A stretch of 64,000 nt of DNA, from the NCBI GenBank assembly GCA_012295275.1, contig CM022675.1, forward strand, positions 13,640,001-13,704,000. Reading direction: 5' to 3'. The notes under the pieces were generated by a model. The model ran no database searches and had not been told where the DNA came from. It worked only from the letters and a program-made list of their open reading frames with translations. The DNA is from Chrysomallon squamiferum (taxonomy: Eukaryota > Animalia > Mollusca). Both the position numbers and the translations under genes were made by a program. Shown in pieces: positions 14,248 to 28,151 of the stretch (the stretch's first letter is position 1; each line of letters starts with the position of its first letter).

Positions 14248-14290
<43 letters not shown>

Positions 14291-14310
14291 TAATAAATAA
14301 ATATTAGAGA

Positions 14311-14430
<120 letters not shown>

Positions 14431-14596
14431 TCTTAAACATCCCAGTATGAGTCATGTCTGAAATATTTATTAACAGGAAAATCTTCTTTTTTTATTTCTT
14501 TTTGTACCCACAGAAATATTAAAAGTAAAATTTTATAAATAAATAAATAAATAAAACTCTTTATTATTATCATCATCATTATCATCGTCGTCGTCA

Positions 14597-14637
<41 letters not shown>

Positions 14638-15494
14638 TATTCACAATTATTGTAAAACTGTTTTAGTCCCTTTTTGGTCACCCCCCCCCCACGCCCACCC
14701 ACCCTGGGTGGCCTACGTGCAGGTATTTTCTGGTTTGAATGACGAAACTGAAATAACAGTTTTTATGGATTTTTTTCTGGCAGTCAACACAGGTTCGGGT
14801 TTAGGTCGGGAAAAAAAAAAAAAGATATTGCATCATTTAGTTTTCTTTGTTTCATGGGACACGAGTTAATACTGGTGGTAGTTGCTGCTGTAAAAATAGT
14901 AACAATGGTGATAACAAGAAGAGAAAACTGCAGATATGTTGTGGATCACAAATAACAAAATGTAAGGGCCCATTATTGTTATTAACACTAACACTGACGT
15001 TGTTATAGTTGTCATTGTTATTTTTGTTATGTAGTTAATGCAGTAACAAAAAAATAAAACAAATGATGCAAGATCGTATCGTTTATAATCTATTCATATG
15101 CATGAATGAATCAATGAATGAATCAATGAATACCTTTTTTTTTTTTTTCGTAACAGAAAACAATAATCAATAAATAAATTTTGAAAAATAAAAAATTCAG
15201 ATATTAATAATAATGGTAATTTTGTTGTTAAAAAGCATGATGAAATCAGGTTTCAAACACACACACACATACACACTCACACACACAGAGACACACACAA
15301 TCATAAATGAACGAATAAAATCAAAAACAGAAAAATTATATGGATTCATACTTGGATAAAGGTCATTAAAACACGTGCATGATTATCTAGTCTAAAATCT
15401 TCTTCTTCTTTTTTTATTTAATTTTTTTGTATCAGCATCACTGTTGTTTATTTATTTATTTTAATCTGTAATACAAGGGCATAAGTGATTTGTG

Positions 15495-15542
<48 letters not shown>

Positions 15543-15651
15543 TTTAAAATTGCTGACGAAAATCGATTTTGTCCTCGTGCAGAAATCAAACAACGTGGAT
15601 GATGAAATAATCATAAATTATTTTTCACAGTCTTTGTGCTAACTTAACCGA

Positions 15652-15721
<70 letters not shown>

Positions 15722-16141
15722 GTACTACTAACAATAGTAGTTAGAAATACTGAATTAATTAAATATTAACGAGGCGACGAAACTAAATAAAGAAAGAAAG
15801 AAAAAAAGAAAAACGTCAAAATAAACACGTTTTTATTTATTTTTTGACTATGATGTCGTTTTCAGCAATACAGTTGTTATTTTAGAACATAAACAAAATA
15901 ATTTTTATGATTTTACATCTGTGAAATATTTACGACTGAACAGATAATTCTGTAGAGAAAACGAAAAACATAAAGAAAGAAAGATAGAAAAAGAGGAAAT
16001 GAAGGAAAAGAAGAAAGAATGAAGAAAAACAAACTGGACCGATAGACACATTCAGAAATAAAAGTTTTTATTTTTTTATTTTTTTATTTTTTCCTTTCCT
16101 TTCCTAACTTCACTGGAGATTTTTCTTTTTCAGAATTTTTA

Positions 16142-16176
<35 letters not shown>

Positions 16177-16547
16177 ATTACCTTATACATTCGTAATGTT
16201 TCTCTTTCATTTAGATTTATGTTTCTGAATGTTTTAATTAGGATGTCGCCCTTTGTGTTGACTGGATTACAACCCCTCACCCAAACTTTTGTATAAAAGC
16301 ATTATCAGGCGTCATATGAAATAATGTGATTATATTCTTATCACTACCAAGAAAATGTAAAATAACGGCTAAAAGTACAAATAAGCATGCAAAGACAAAA
16401 TAACGGCAACCATCAGAATTAATTAATTAATAATTAGACTTGTTAAATTTTAATAATAAAAGAAAAGAATGAAAATATGAGAAGAATAATAGAACGGGTT
16501 AAAGACAAAACCAGAAAGGTAAGGCCCAGAGATAATCCGGGATAATC

Positions 16548-17970
16548 CTAGTAGTATCTCCTCGACTGGGTGTGGTCGCCAGGCATGTAGGGATTGACCT
16601 CGTCTCGCTTCATTGACGCCAGGGTGTGGTTCACTATTCGGTGCAAGGCCTCATCTGCACGAATCGCCAAAATTACATCTTTCATAGAGGCTTTTTCCTG
16701 AATAAATGAATGAATGAATGAAATGAATAAATAAATAAATAGTTAAATAGATAAATTAGTAAATGAATAAATAAATAAATAAATAAATAGTTAAATAGAT
16801 AAATTAGTAAATGAATAAATAAATAAATAAACAGTTAAATAGATAAATTAGTAAATGAATAAATAAACAGTTAAATAGATAAATTAGTAAATGAACAAAT
16901 AATGAAATAAAGAATGAAAGAAATGGTTAAATATGTAAGTAAGTAAGTAAGTAAAAGGTTAAATAAATAAATAAATAAGCAAATAAATAAATAGTTAAAT
17001 AAATAAATAAATAAACTGTTAAATAAATAAATAATAGTTAAATATATAAGTAAGTAAATAAATAAATAAATAAACTGTTAAATAAATCAATAATAGTTAA
17101 ATATATAAGTAAGTAAATAAATAAATAAATAAACTGTTAAATAAAACAATAATAGTTAAATATATAAGTAAGTAAATAAATAAATACGTGTATTTGTTAA
17201 ACGACAGTAAAGGGATATTTTTATCTACCCAAGGAAAGAACACATCACGTCTACTGAAATAATAACACAAAAAAAGGGATAGCTGGAACGGGAAAAAGTG
17301 TCACAGTCGAAACTGTCGGGGATTGATCCAAAGACCAGTCGGGCATGTGACCTTTGTTCTAACCACATCTAATAATAATAACGTTAACTCAAACACGTAA
17401 ATATTAGAGACAAAGCAAGAGAGATTATACATACATGAATTAAGTAAGTAAGAAAGGAATATGTTAATTACCTTCAGCTGCCAGTACTGAATTGCGACAT
17501 CTGGCGCTGCTTTAGTTTTCCATTCCTGCATCGGACCATTTTCTATATCCTGTAAATAATCGTTCACAATAACTAAAATAACACACATGACTAAGCTGTA
17601 CGATTATCTACATACACATTACAGAAGAACCTGTCTATAATGACCACAAAATGAAGCACACAAGATTGATTGTACAAGACAGGTATTTATTGCACAGGTT
17701 CCTGTCATACAGAGTTGGACATGGAAGAACGTTATTCGGTAATAACATAATTATGCCGTATATATGAATTTGTGTGTGTTTATGTGCGCATGTACATGTG
17801 TACGTGTTTTTATTTAATTATTATATGCTCGACAGTCCCATGTAATAACCTATGCTAGAACATTTTCCAGTCAACTTTGAAAACAAAACGCTGTAGCTGA
17901 GACAAATATCACATTTTTATGGAGTCTTCTTTAACAAGAAAATATTCGTTTATCTTCATTGCCTTTTTAA

Positions 17971-18021
<51 letters not shown>

Positions 18022-18024
18022 TAC

Positions 18025-18055
<31 letters not shown>

Positions 18056-18880
18056 TTTTCTGAAGCTAATCAATTTGCCATGTAAGCAATGCCGTGACGA
18101 TTATGGCGACAAAATGGACGTGACCAAATATTTTTTATAATAATACTACTGTCGTCGTAGTAGTAGTTGTAGATTAATACCTGCAACAACTTCGTGTACG
18201 TCTTTACGGCTTCTTCCTCCAGGTAGCCAACAAAACGATGACAGAAGCGCGGGCTTATGATGTAACACAGAGCAAACCACGTGACAAAAAACCCTGCAAC
18301 CAATCAGAAACAGCCATTTAAAAATTAATAATTATATTAATTAATTAATTAATGGAGATAGTAAGTGTTTATAAAATACAGATGATGACGATGTTGATGA
18401 TGATGATGAGAATGTTATTATAATTATTTAATTATTATTGTTGTTGTTAATGCTGTCGTTGTTGTTAGATTTAATTACTTATTTTTAAACATACGACAAA
18501 TACAAAAACAAAAAAATAATAAATATTAAAAATAATAATAATAATAATAATAATAAAATAATAATAATAATAATAAAATAATAATAATAATAATAAAAAT
18601 CGGAAAAATAGTTAGAAGAAAATTCCAGACCAATTCTAGCTCTGTTCGAGACTTTTCGAGATTTTAATATTACTGAAATCCTATTGGCTGCTTATTTACC
18701 TTGTGCACCAATGACAACTAGTCTGAAGACAGCAGACGGATTGTACATTTTCAGTGCTGTCAGAAGATGCATCCGTTCATTTTCAGCTTCCTCTGTGAAT
18801 TAAATAACCGACAACTGAATGAATAAAATGAAACTGATATATAAATAGATGAAAATTTGTNATGCAAGGTAAAATGAAAA

Positions 18881-18911
<31 letters not shown>

Positions 18912-19224
18912 GAATATACAAGCCATGACTTTAATATCTTTAGTGACATCATCAAAAAAAACACACCCCAAAACCCCCTGACATATTAATAGGTAAGTAC
19001 AAATGTACCTAAGAGTGTGTGGATCCAGCCGTGGTCTCTCTTCAGAAGACGTAGTGACCGCAGATGTCGCGACATCGCTGCCACCATCCCCGGAACTCCG
19101 GCGATGGTTTCTAAGAAACAGATTCTACTGTAAATGAGACAGTAATCATGAAACATTCTGCTAGCTCTATTTTTAGACAAAACGTAAAAACGTTTCGAAA
19201 ACTTCACAGTATTAAAATCTGCAG

Positions 19225-19323
<99 letters not shown>

Positions 19324-19469
19324 GTGTGCACAAATTCTGCTAAAAAAAAAGAGGTATTTCTGTATTTTAAGACTTACGTCACTTACTGTACAATGTCGTA
19401 TAATTTGTATTAAGTAAATGGACAAGATTATTGTTAGCATAATTAAAAGAAATCATATGGACTTTCCAA

Positions 19470-19516
<47 letters not shown>

Positions 19517-19702
19517 TGATGATGACGATGATGATAATAGCAAAAACTGAAGGAAAACAAAATTAAAATAACAAGTAAATAAAACTTACGTGAACCATTT
19601 CTTCTCGTTTCTTGTTCCACACGTGAAACCCGAGAAGTAGTCAAACACCTTGACCAACAACTGTATCTGTCTATAGGCAATCTGATAATAACAATAACAA
19701 TG

Positions 19703-19734
<32 letters not shown>

Positions 19735-20845
19735 AATAATAATAGTCTATTGAAGAAAATGTAACGACTTTGTTTATTATTCAGATTTCATTCACACTGT
19801 TAAAAGAAGAAGAAGAACAACAACAACAACAACAACAACAAAAATTGAAGCTATTCACCACTCAGGGTCGATCCTGCAAACCTCCTTTCCATAATCAATG
19901 AAACGGTCAAAACACAAGCTGATAAAGACTGATGGTTGTATACTTCTTTCTAACAGTGCCTGTCGTTGTCGTAATCGTTAACTTTACACTGAACGTGATC
20001 AGAAATAAAGCTGTAGTCGTGGTTAATGCGCTCGTGAAAAAGTGTGTGTGTGTGACTAAATTCACCTGTGGCAACCACGTGGTGTTGTCATGTTGTTATT
20101 TACCTGGTCAACGATTCCATCAGGTGGCTTGTGAGTTATTTCAACTGAGTGCAGTGTCTTGTCATCCCTGAAACACAACAGTGTAGTAGAAGTAGCAGCA
20201 GTAGTAGTAATAGTAGTAGTTGCGATAAAAGTAGCAGCAGAGGCATCGTAGCAGTAATAATATTAGCAGCATTAGTAGCAGGTATTGTAGTTGTTGTAGT
20301 AAAAGTAGTCATGATGATGGTGATGTTGTGGTAGTAGTAGTAGTAATGATGATTGTGATGATGGTATAGTAGTAGTCATAGTGGTGATGGTTGTAGCTGT
20401 AGTAGTAGCAGTACAGTGGTTTTGGTAGTTGTAATACTAATGGTGGTTACAGTAGTAGTAGTGGTGTTAGTTGTAATAGCAGTTGTTGTGGTGGTAGTAG
20501 TAGTGCTAATAATAGATGTAATAATCATAATGACAGAATGTGTAGAATGTACAAAATAAGGTACCGACCGAGAGCACGCACTCACGCACGCACTCACGCA
20601 CTCACCCACACAATCACAGTTATGTAAACACATACATGCGCACAAACATACTGAGACACACGAAAACCCACCCAAACACACATACATTCACTGAATAATA
20701 AAATAATCACTAGTCGACAGATTCTACATTCTTCGCTTTTTCAAAATTACTGTTGTTTTCAAAACTGCTGACGTCACGTGCTTACCATATTGGGTGTGGC
20801 AAGGTATAGGCCCCATCCTTCTGTAAGTTAGCTGCTGCCCTAAAA

Positions 20846-20885
<40 letters not shown>

Positions 20886-21456
20886 TAAGAATATCAAATT
20901 ATATAATTAAAAAAGAACCCAGAAGAAGTAAATAAAATAGCCATTTCGAAAGACGAAACGAAGATAAGCAAGGGAGATAACTGCCTATGACTTACTTGAA
21001 ATGCTTGAATTCACTAGGTCCTATGAATTCGCTTTTCTGAATCTCTTTGAAATGTTTAACTTTGCCAGGGTCACCCGTTGATGACGTGTCTGCATACTGT
21101 ACGGTGGCTGTTAAATGTATCCATTTCTTGAAAATAACCAAAAAGATATTTTTTAAAAACCATCGTAGAAACCTAACACGTTTTGTACCTTCCTTTTTGT
21201 TTCTTTTATTATTATTATTATTGTTGTTATTATTATTATTATCCCTTCTAAATTTTTTTGTTTTCTGTACTGTATATATTTGAAAGTCGTAACTTGTTTG
21301 TTTGTTTGTTTATATATTTATTTATATTAAGATACTTACATCTGTGGAAAATATACATATTGGCTTTGAAAGATTCGACTTCGGGACGCCAAGTAATTTG
21401 AAAGGTTTCGAACTTGGGAGGCCACGGTTTCTCAGAACTACCCTCAAAACATTCAT
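16548..21456 (-). CDS. AOX: Alternative oxidase, copy 2 (complete, 336 aa, with mitochondrial presequence)
   Basis: Ten exons on the minus strand: 21456-21340, 21126-20996, 20839-20786, 20167-20104, 19681-19590, 19127-19009, 18792-18700, 18293-18181, 17549-17472, 16697-16548 (1011 nt, in frame). The N-terminus [22 protein letters not shown] is basic and presequence-like. Motifs [29 protein letters not shown] and RADEALHR are present, and the C-terminus is [15 protein letters not shown]. Six internal exons (64, 92, 119, 93, 113, 78 nt) match copy 1 exactly in length and phase. Confidence 0.95.
16725..17185. repeat. AT-rich tandem repeats in the last intron of AOX copy 2
   Basis: Repeated aaatagttaaatagataaattagtaaatgaat and aaactgttaaataaa..taatagttaaatatataagtaagt units. 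Confidence 0.8.
17195..17370 (-). mobile_element. Degenerate tRNA-derived SINE remnant (tentative)
   Basis: The minus strand reads gtggttagaaca...ggtctttggatcaatccccg (A-box/B-box-like head) and ends in tgtcgtttaacaaat, which resembles the tgtcgttaaacat tail of the LINE fragment near 33610. Confidence 0.35.
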
Positions 21457-21699
21457 TTTTAACTTTTTTCTTTTTTTTTGTCTTTCTTTCTTCAAAAAAT
21501 AATATTTACATAATTAGATATCTACTACGCACTTCACTTCCTCTCTTAAGTTATTTCCTCGTAAATCGCCATTTGGATCTAGAACCAAAACAAAGTTGTA
21601 TTAGTAATGAAACAAAGAGAGCGTTTTCCTGTGAAATTAAAATAATAATAATAATAAAGAAAGATTTTTGTTTCCTTTTAGAATAAGATAGTAACTCAA

Positions 21700-21865
21700 A
21701 CTGGTAAATTACAATAACAGGAATATATACGCTCTACAAAATGAATATACCTCGCCGTTTATGATGTCATACGCTTTTTGACGTCATTTTCAATTTATTA
21801 AATGGCGTAAAATTATCTGCTATTGACTATTATGGTCCACTTTGTTATCGCGTCTACGTGATAAT
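21700..21865 (-). promoter_or_regulatory. Putative promoter of AOX copy 2
   Basis: CpG-containing segment 250-400 nt upstream of the ATG, with a perfect CRE TGACGTCA (21779-21786) and TACGTG (HRE core, 21855-21860). Confidence 0.45.
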
Positions 21866-21872
21866 AATAATA

Positions 21873-21909
<37 letters not shown>

Positions 21910-21933
21910 GTAGTAATAGAAGTAGTTGTAGTG

Positions 21934-21967
<34 letters not shown>

Positions 21968-22262
21968 TAATAATAATAATAATAACAATAATAATAATAA
22001 TAGTGGCAGTAGAATAGTAGTAGTAGTAGCAGCAGCAACTGGAGTAGTGGTAGTAACAATAGTGATAGTACTAGTACTACTATCAGCATAATTAGTGGCA
22101 CTAACAATAGCAGTATAATAAGTGCAACAACTAAACAAATTTTACTAATAGTAATAACAACAACAGTAAAATAGTATATTGAAAATGCACTCAAGATAAT
22201 TATTTTGTTTATGTTATATGGTGTAGATATAAAAATAATTTCCTTTATAAATAATTCAAAGA

Positions 22263-22326
<64 letters not shown>

Positions 22327-22996
22327 ATAAACAATAGAACTATGATGTAAAGACAAATATATTTTATTCCACACAATATTAATATGATTCCTTTAAACAA
22401 ATCTAAAAAATATATATATATACATGTAAGAAACATTAACATACAAAATTTCCTTTTCAGAATTTCCTAGTTTGTATAAAATAAATTATCACAAACACCA
22501 TTTACAATGTTCTAATAAAATGTCCATCCATCCATCCATCCATTCAGTGTAAATAAATCAGTCTAAATCAAATTGGTCTGTTTGTCTGTATGAACACTTT
22601 CAAATGTAAATATGGATCAAAGTAAATTATTTGGGATATATTATAAACGTTAATATATAAAGTAAATACGTTGATTGAATAACAATAATGTGTGTTGTTA
22701 ATATAGATGTATATCTTGAACAATGTCCCAAAAAAAATAAATAAATAAATAATAATAACAATAACAATAAAAAAATAATGATAATAATAGTAATAATAAC
22801 AAAAATAATAATGATAACAGAAACAGTAAAAATTATCTTTTAAATCTTTTTTTATTTTACTATCCTCTCTTATGGATCCTGAATGTTTTTGAAATCTGAT
22901 CAATTAAATTAATTAAAAAGAAAATGTGAGAGAAAGAAATAAGAAAGGGAAATAATCAAAAGATGCAAACAATTATAAGTAATTTTAGTTTTTTAA

Positions 22997-24160
22997 TTAT
23001 TTAGTTGTTTTAGGTAAAATGTCCATGCATTTACAGATGATAGACAACATTACTTCATCAGCACCAGCTGCCAGTGATATCAGTCTTAAATCTCTGAAAA
23101 TAAATAAATAAACAAATAAACAAACAAACAAACAAATACACAAACAATAAATAGATTTACAGATAAATAAATAAATAAATAAATACTCTAATAAATAAAT
23201 TATATGAATTAATATAAATACTTAAATAATTAACAGTATAAATAAACATCATTTCAACAAAAAATAATGAAATATAAATAAATAAATAAATAAATAATAA
23301 TAATAGTAGTAGTAGTAGTAGTAAATATGATTATTAAACATCTAATTAATGTTAATTTAAACTTTCATTTGAAAAAAAACATTTATATAACAAAATATTT
23401 GTATGATAAATTTTTATATTAAAATTTTTATTATTATTAAAACATTTAACATATTTTATTTGTTTTAACATGAATTAATACACAGAAATTTACATTATTT
23501 GTATTAATCAATATTTTCAAATGCAGATTTTTATTATGATTATTATTATTATTATTACAGGTGCAATTTTGATTTTCTGATTCTAAATTGTTAATTTGTA
23601 CCAGGATTTTTTTTTCAGTTAGTAACCTTATTATTTTACTGGCACAGTCCACACTAGTAAACTAGTACAATCTATTCTAACATATTTCATTTAATCATTT
23701 AATTTATATTTAATATTTGTTTAAGTTTCTAGCTGTGGTTATACTTCATATACAGGGGAGATAACATACACACAAAAATGTGCTGTTGATATTTCTCTAT
23801 GTGAACTCTTTTGGCCAAAAAACCCTCATAATCATTGAAAGGTTTTGGAACTGAGAGTCATAGAAAACTAGTGATGTAGATGTATTTTTTGTTTATGCAA
23901 ATCAAATATTTTGTTTGTGAAATTTCAATTAGTTTTCAAAATAATTGAATGTTTACCTGTAAAATCGACTGACAAGAACCTCGTCAGTGAAACCCATACC
24001 TCCCCAGAACTGAAGACATGAGTCAGTTACCTCCCTTGCTGTTCGTCCTGCCTTCAGTTTGCACATTGACGCTAGTTTAGTTACATCATTACCACGGATA
24101 TACAGATCTGAAAAAAATATTCATTTAGTTATCTGTAATAATAATAACAGTAATAACAAC

Positions 24161-24192
<32 letters not shown>

Positions 24193-24468
24193 CAACAACA
24201 AAAGTAATAATCTAATGTATTTTAATTTTAATAACTTTCTCAATAATTACAAAAATAATAATGATACTAACAATAAAAATAATAATAAAAATAATAATAA
24301 TAATAAAGAACAATAATAATAATAAATAACAATGATAATAATATTATCAGTAGTGGCAGTTGTAGTAATAGTAACAACTATAACTAAAATAGAACAGAAA
24401 CAGCAGTAAAAGCAACAGCAGTAACATAAGATAAACAAGATGAAATTAATTAGTTAAAAAACATAATA

Positions 24469-24531
<63 letters not shown>

Positions 24532-26060
24532 TTAAAATATATAAGTAAATAAATAAAAAAACAACAACAACAAAACAAGTATAAGAGATCTTACAAATGG
24601 CTCTGTAGAGAGTTGATCTCAGGACCTCCACCTCAGTGGCTAGTTCTGCCAGTCTGTAGTGGATCACCTGGTTGCTAAGCAACGGCTTTCCAAAAGCCTG
24701 CCTCTGTGCTGTGTACTCAATTGTCAGTTTTATAATTTTCTCCAGCGGCATCAGAACTACAACAACATCATCATCATCATCATCATTATGTACATAATCT
24801 GTGTTAGATTTTCTTTCAATAAATGAAGTAATTAAGAATTTATGTCATTATAGATATATTTTACTTTCTAAATGTTAAACCTTTATCACCCACAAAAGTT
24901 TACTTTTCAAATATTAATCCGTTATGACCTTCTGTCATCTTGTTATATTTTACTTTATAAATGTTAACTCTTTATCATCTACAGCACTTTTCTATTTCAT
25001 TATAACCCACACTATGTTCTGTATCAATCACAGAAATATACTTTACTTTTTAAATGTATTAAATGTTTATCACTTGAAGTCATCTTGCAAAATTTTCCTT
25101 TTTAAATATTAACTCTTTATCACTTAAAATCATTTTGATACATTTTATTTTTAAATATCAACTCTTTATCAGCTGCAGTACAGTTAAAATGTTAACCTTT
25201 TATAACAGGTAGAATTTATTTATAACATTAACACTTTACCAGCTACTGTAGTATATCAGATTCAGTTTTTTTAAATTTAATTTTAACCCTTCATGACCTA
25301 CACCAGTCACACAGTAGATTTTATTTATAAATATCAACCCTTTACCTAATTTCCCAAATATAACTTTCAAGTAAATCCTTTAATACATGTATCAGATTTT
25401 TAAAAATGTTTCTTTCTATTATATATTTTTTCAAATGTTAACACATAACATCCTATACGAGCCACACTGGTGTATTTCACTGTGTTAATGTTAACCCTTT
25501 GTTACCTGCAGCAGTGCCCCAGAGTCTCTCCTCCTGAAACTGCAGCATCTGGTAGAGGAAGCCCTTTCCCTCCTCACCTATCACGTGACTCTGCGGAACT
25601 CGAACATCCTCGAAGTAAATCTCTGCAGTGTCTGAACATAACGCTCCCATCTTCTTTATCTTCCTCGCTACAGTGACACCTGAAATGTCTCATACTGTAA
25701 GTGTGTGTGTCTGTGGTGTGTGTGGGGTTTGTGTGTGTCTGTGTGTGTGTTGTGTGTATCGTCTCTGTGTGTCTGTGTGTGTGTTGTGTGTATTGTCTCT
25801 GTGATTGTATGTGTCTGTGTCTGAACATAACGCTCCCATCTTCTTTATCTTCCTCGCTACAGTGACACCTGAAATGTCTCATAGTGTAAGTGTGTGTGTC
25901 AGTGGTGTGTGTGTGTCTATGTGTGTGTGTGTGTGTGTGTGTTGTGTGTATTGTCTATGTGATTGTATGTGTCTGTGTCTGAACTCAATGCTCCCATCTT
26001 CTTTATCTTCCTTGCTACAGTGACACCTGAAATGTCTCATAGTGTAAGTGTGAGTGTCAG

Positions 26061-26099
<39 letters not shown>

Positions 26100-26253
26100 G
26101 TGTGTATTGTGTATGTGATTGTTCTGTCTCTGATTGTCTGAGTGTATAGTGTATATGTGTTTTTTTTTCACAGTGTGGTATTTGTATGTGTTGTGTGTTT
26201 GCATGTATATGTTTGGGTGTGCTTTTGTGTTTTATGTGCATATGTCTATATTG

Positions 26254-26289
<36 letters not shown>

Positions 26290-27548
26290 TTTCCAGAGTG
26301 TTGTATTTGTATGTGTTGTGTAATCTATAATATATTTGCTAGATTTATGTGTATATATTTGTAAATGTATTAGCATGAATATTAACTAATTAATGTATAA
26401 AAAAATATATATGTTGCAGAGATATGTATATAGTTATGTATGTAATACAGTGTGTATGTTGCAGAGTTATGTATATAGTATGTATATAATACAGTGTGTG
26501 TGTGTGTGTGTGTGTTTAAAAAACCTGGCAGGTTCATGGGGACACAGATGAGAGATTTGTTCTGGTGAGGTTTCCCGTCTCGTGTGTTCGCCAGCAAACA
26601 GATCCAGTCAGCCTGCGCGCCATTAGTGATCCACATCTTGCTCCCGTTGATGACCAGGTCACCCCCACTCTTCACTGCCTTCGTCCCTATGTCTGTCAAA
26701 TACACATTTTTACAATGTTTGTCAAATACACATGTTAACTATGTCTGTCAAATACTCACATTAACTATGTCTGTCAATCACACATGTTAACTATGTCTGT
26801 CAATCACACACATTAACTATGTCTGTCAAATACACATTTTTATAATGTTTGTCAAATACACATTTTTATAATGTTTGTCAAATACACATTAACTATGTCT
26901 GTCAAATACACATTTTTATAATGTTTGTCAAACAAACATTTTAATGTCTGTTAAATACACATATTAACTATGTCTGTCAAATACACATTTTTATAAAGTT
27001 TGTTAAATACATATTTTAATAATGTCTACTAAATACACATTTTAATGTCTGTTAAATACACATATAAATATGTCTGTTCAATACATTTTAATTTTGTCTG
27101 TTAAATACACTTATTAACTATATTGTGAAATACACATTTTCTACATGTTGAACTGTATTTTAATTATGTCTGTTAAATACATCTGTGTTAACTATATTTG
27201 ACTAGTACACATTTTCTACATGTTGAACTGTATTTTACTAGTCACACTGTCTGTGTTTCTGTCTGGACAACTCACTAGCCACATCTGACCCTGCCCGAGC
27301 TTCGCTGACCCCAATACTTGCTACCAGGTCACCAGCGATGGACGGCTGAAGAAATTCCTTCTTCAGTTTATCACTGCCAAACCTGTGAGAAACACTTACA
27401 CTTTTAACATGTCTCTGTTTCATCCATTCTGTTATATATACAGATTCATTTCAAACTATATACATATATATATGTATGTATACAGATTTATTTCAAACTG
27501 TATCAATCTATCTATCTATCTATCTATATCTATATCTATATCTATATC

Positions 27549-27585
<37 letters not shown>

Positions 27586-28119
27586 TTATATTATATATTA
27601 CAAAATATATTTTTCTGTTTTCTGGAAGGTAATTGTCCAACTATCAACAGATATGCATACACACTATATTTAAAGTACTGTTGATAGTTGGATATTGAAC
27701 TTCTAGACAACAGAAAAATATCATAAATTTAACTTCAGACAATAATATACAAACAACTGTAATTTTGTTTACTCAACCATGTTTGTTTTTCATAACCAAG
27801 CTTACCTAAAATAAAGTCTCATTATTTAATTATCAGAAACACACACAAATGTTGTTGGTTTTTGGGGTTTTTTTTCAATTTCTGAACAATTCAGAATTCA
27901 TTTCAGAATAAAATATGTTAGTTAATAATAAAATATGAATATTCATGAGGTAGTGGTTACCTAGCGAGAGCAGGGGTAGCCATGTCTGTCTGTACTCCAA
28001 TTGCCATCGGGATTCCCTCACAGTTGATATTTCCTAACTCCTCAGCCACAGCAATGTTATATGTGTAATCCAACCCCAGCCCTCCATATTCTGAATAAAT
28101 AAACAAATTAATTAATTAA

Positions 28120-28151
<32 letters not shown>

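Noticed and set aside
16548-21456. AOX copy 2 as an uncollapsed haplotype or a pseudogene
   Set aside because: It is inverted, has unalignable introns and substantial protein divergence, yet keeps an intact frame, splice sites and iron ligands. The single ambiguous base (n at 18861) is intronic.
25574-26376. ORFs with repeated MRHFRCHCSEEDKEDGS
   Set aside because: Out-of-frame readings of the triplicated ACAD exon 6 boundary, not a separate repeat protein.
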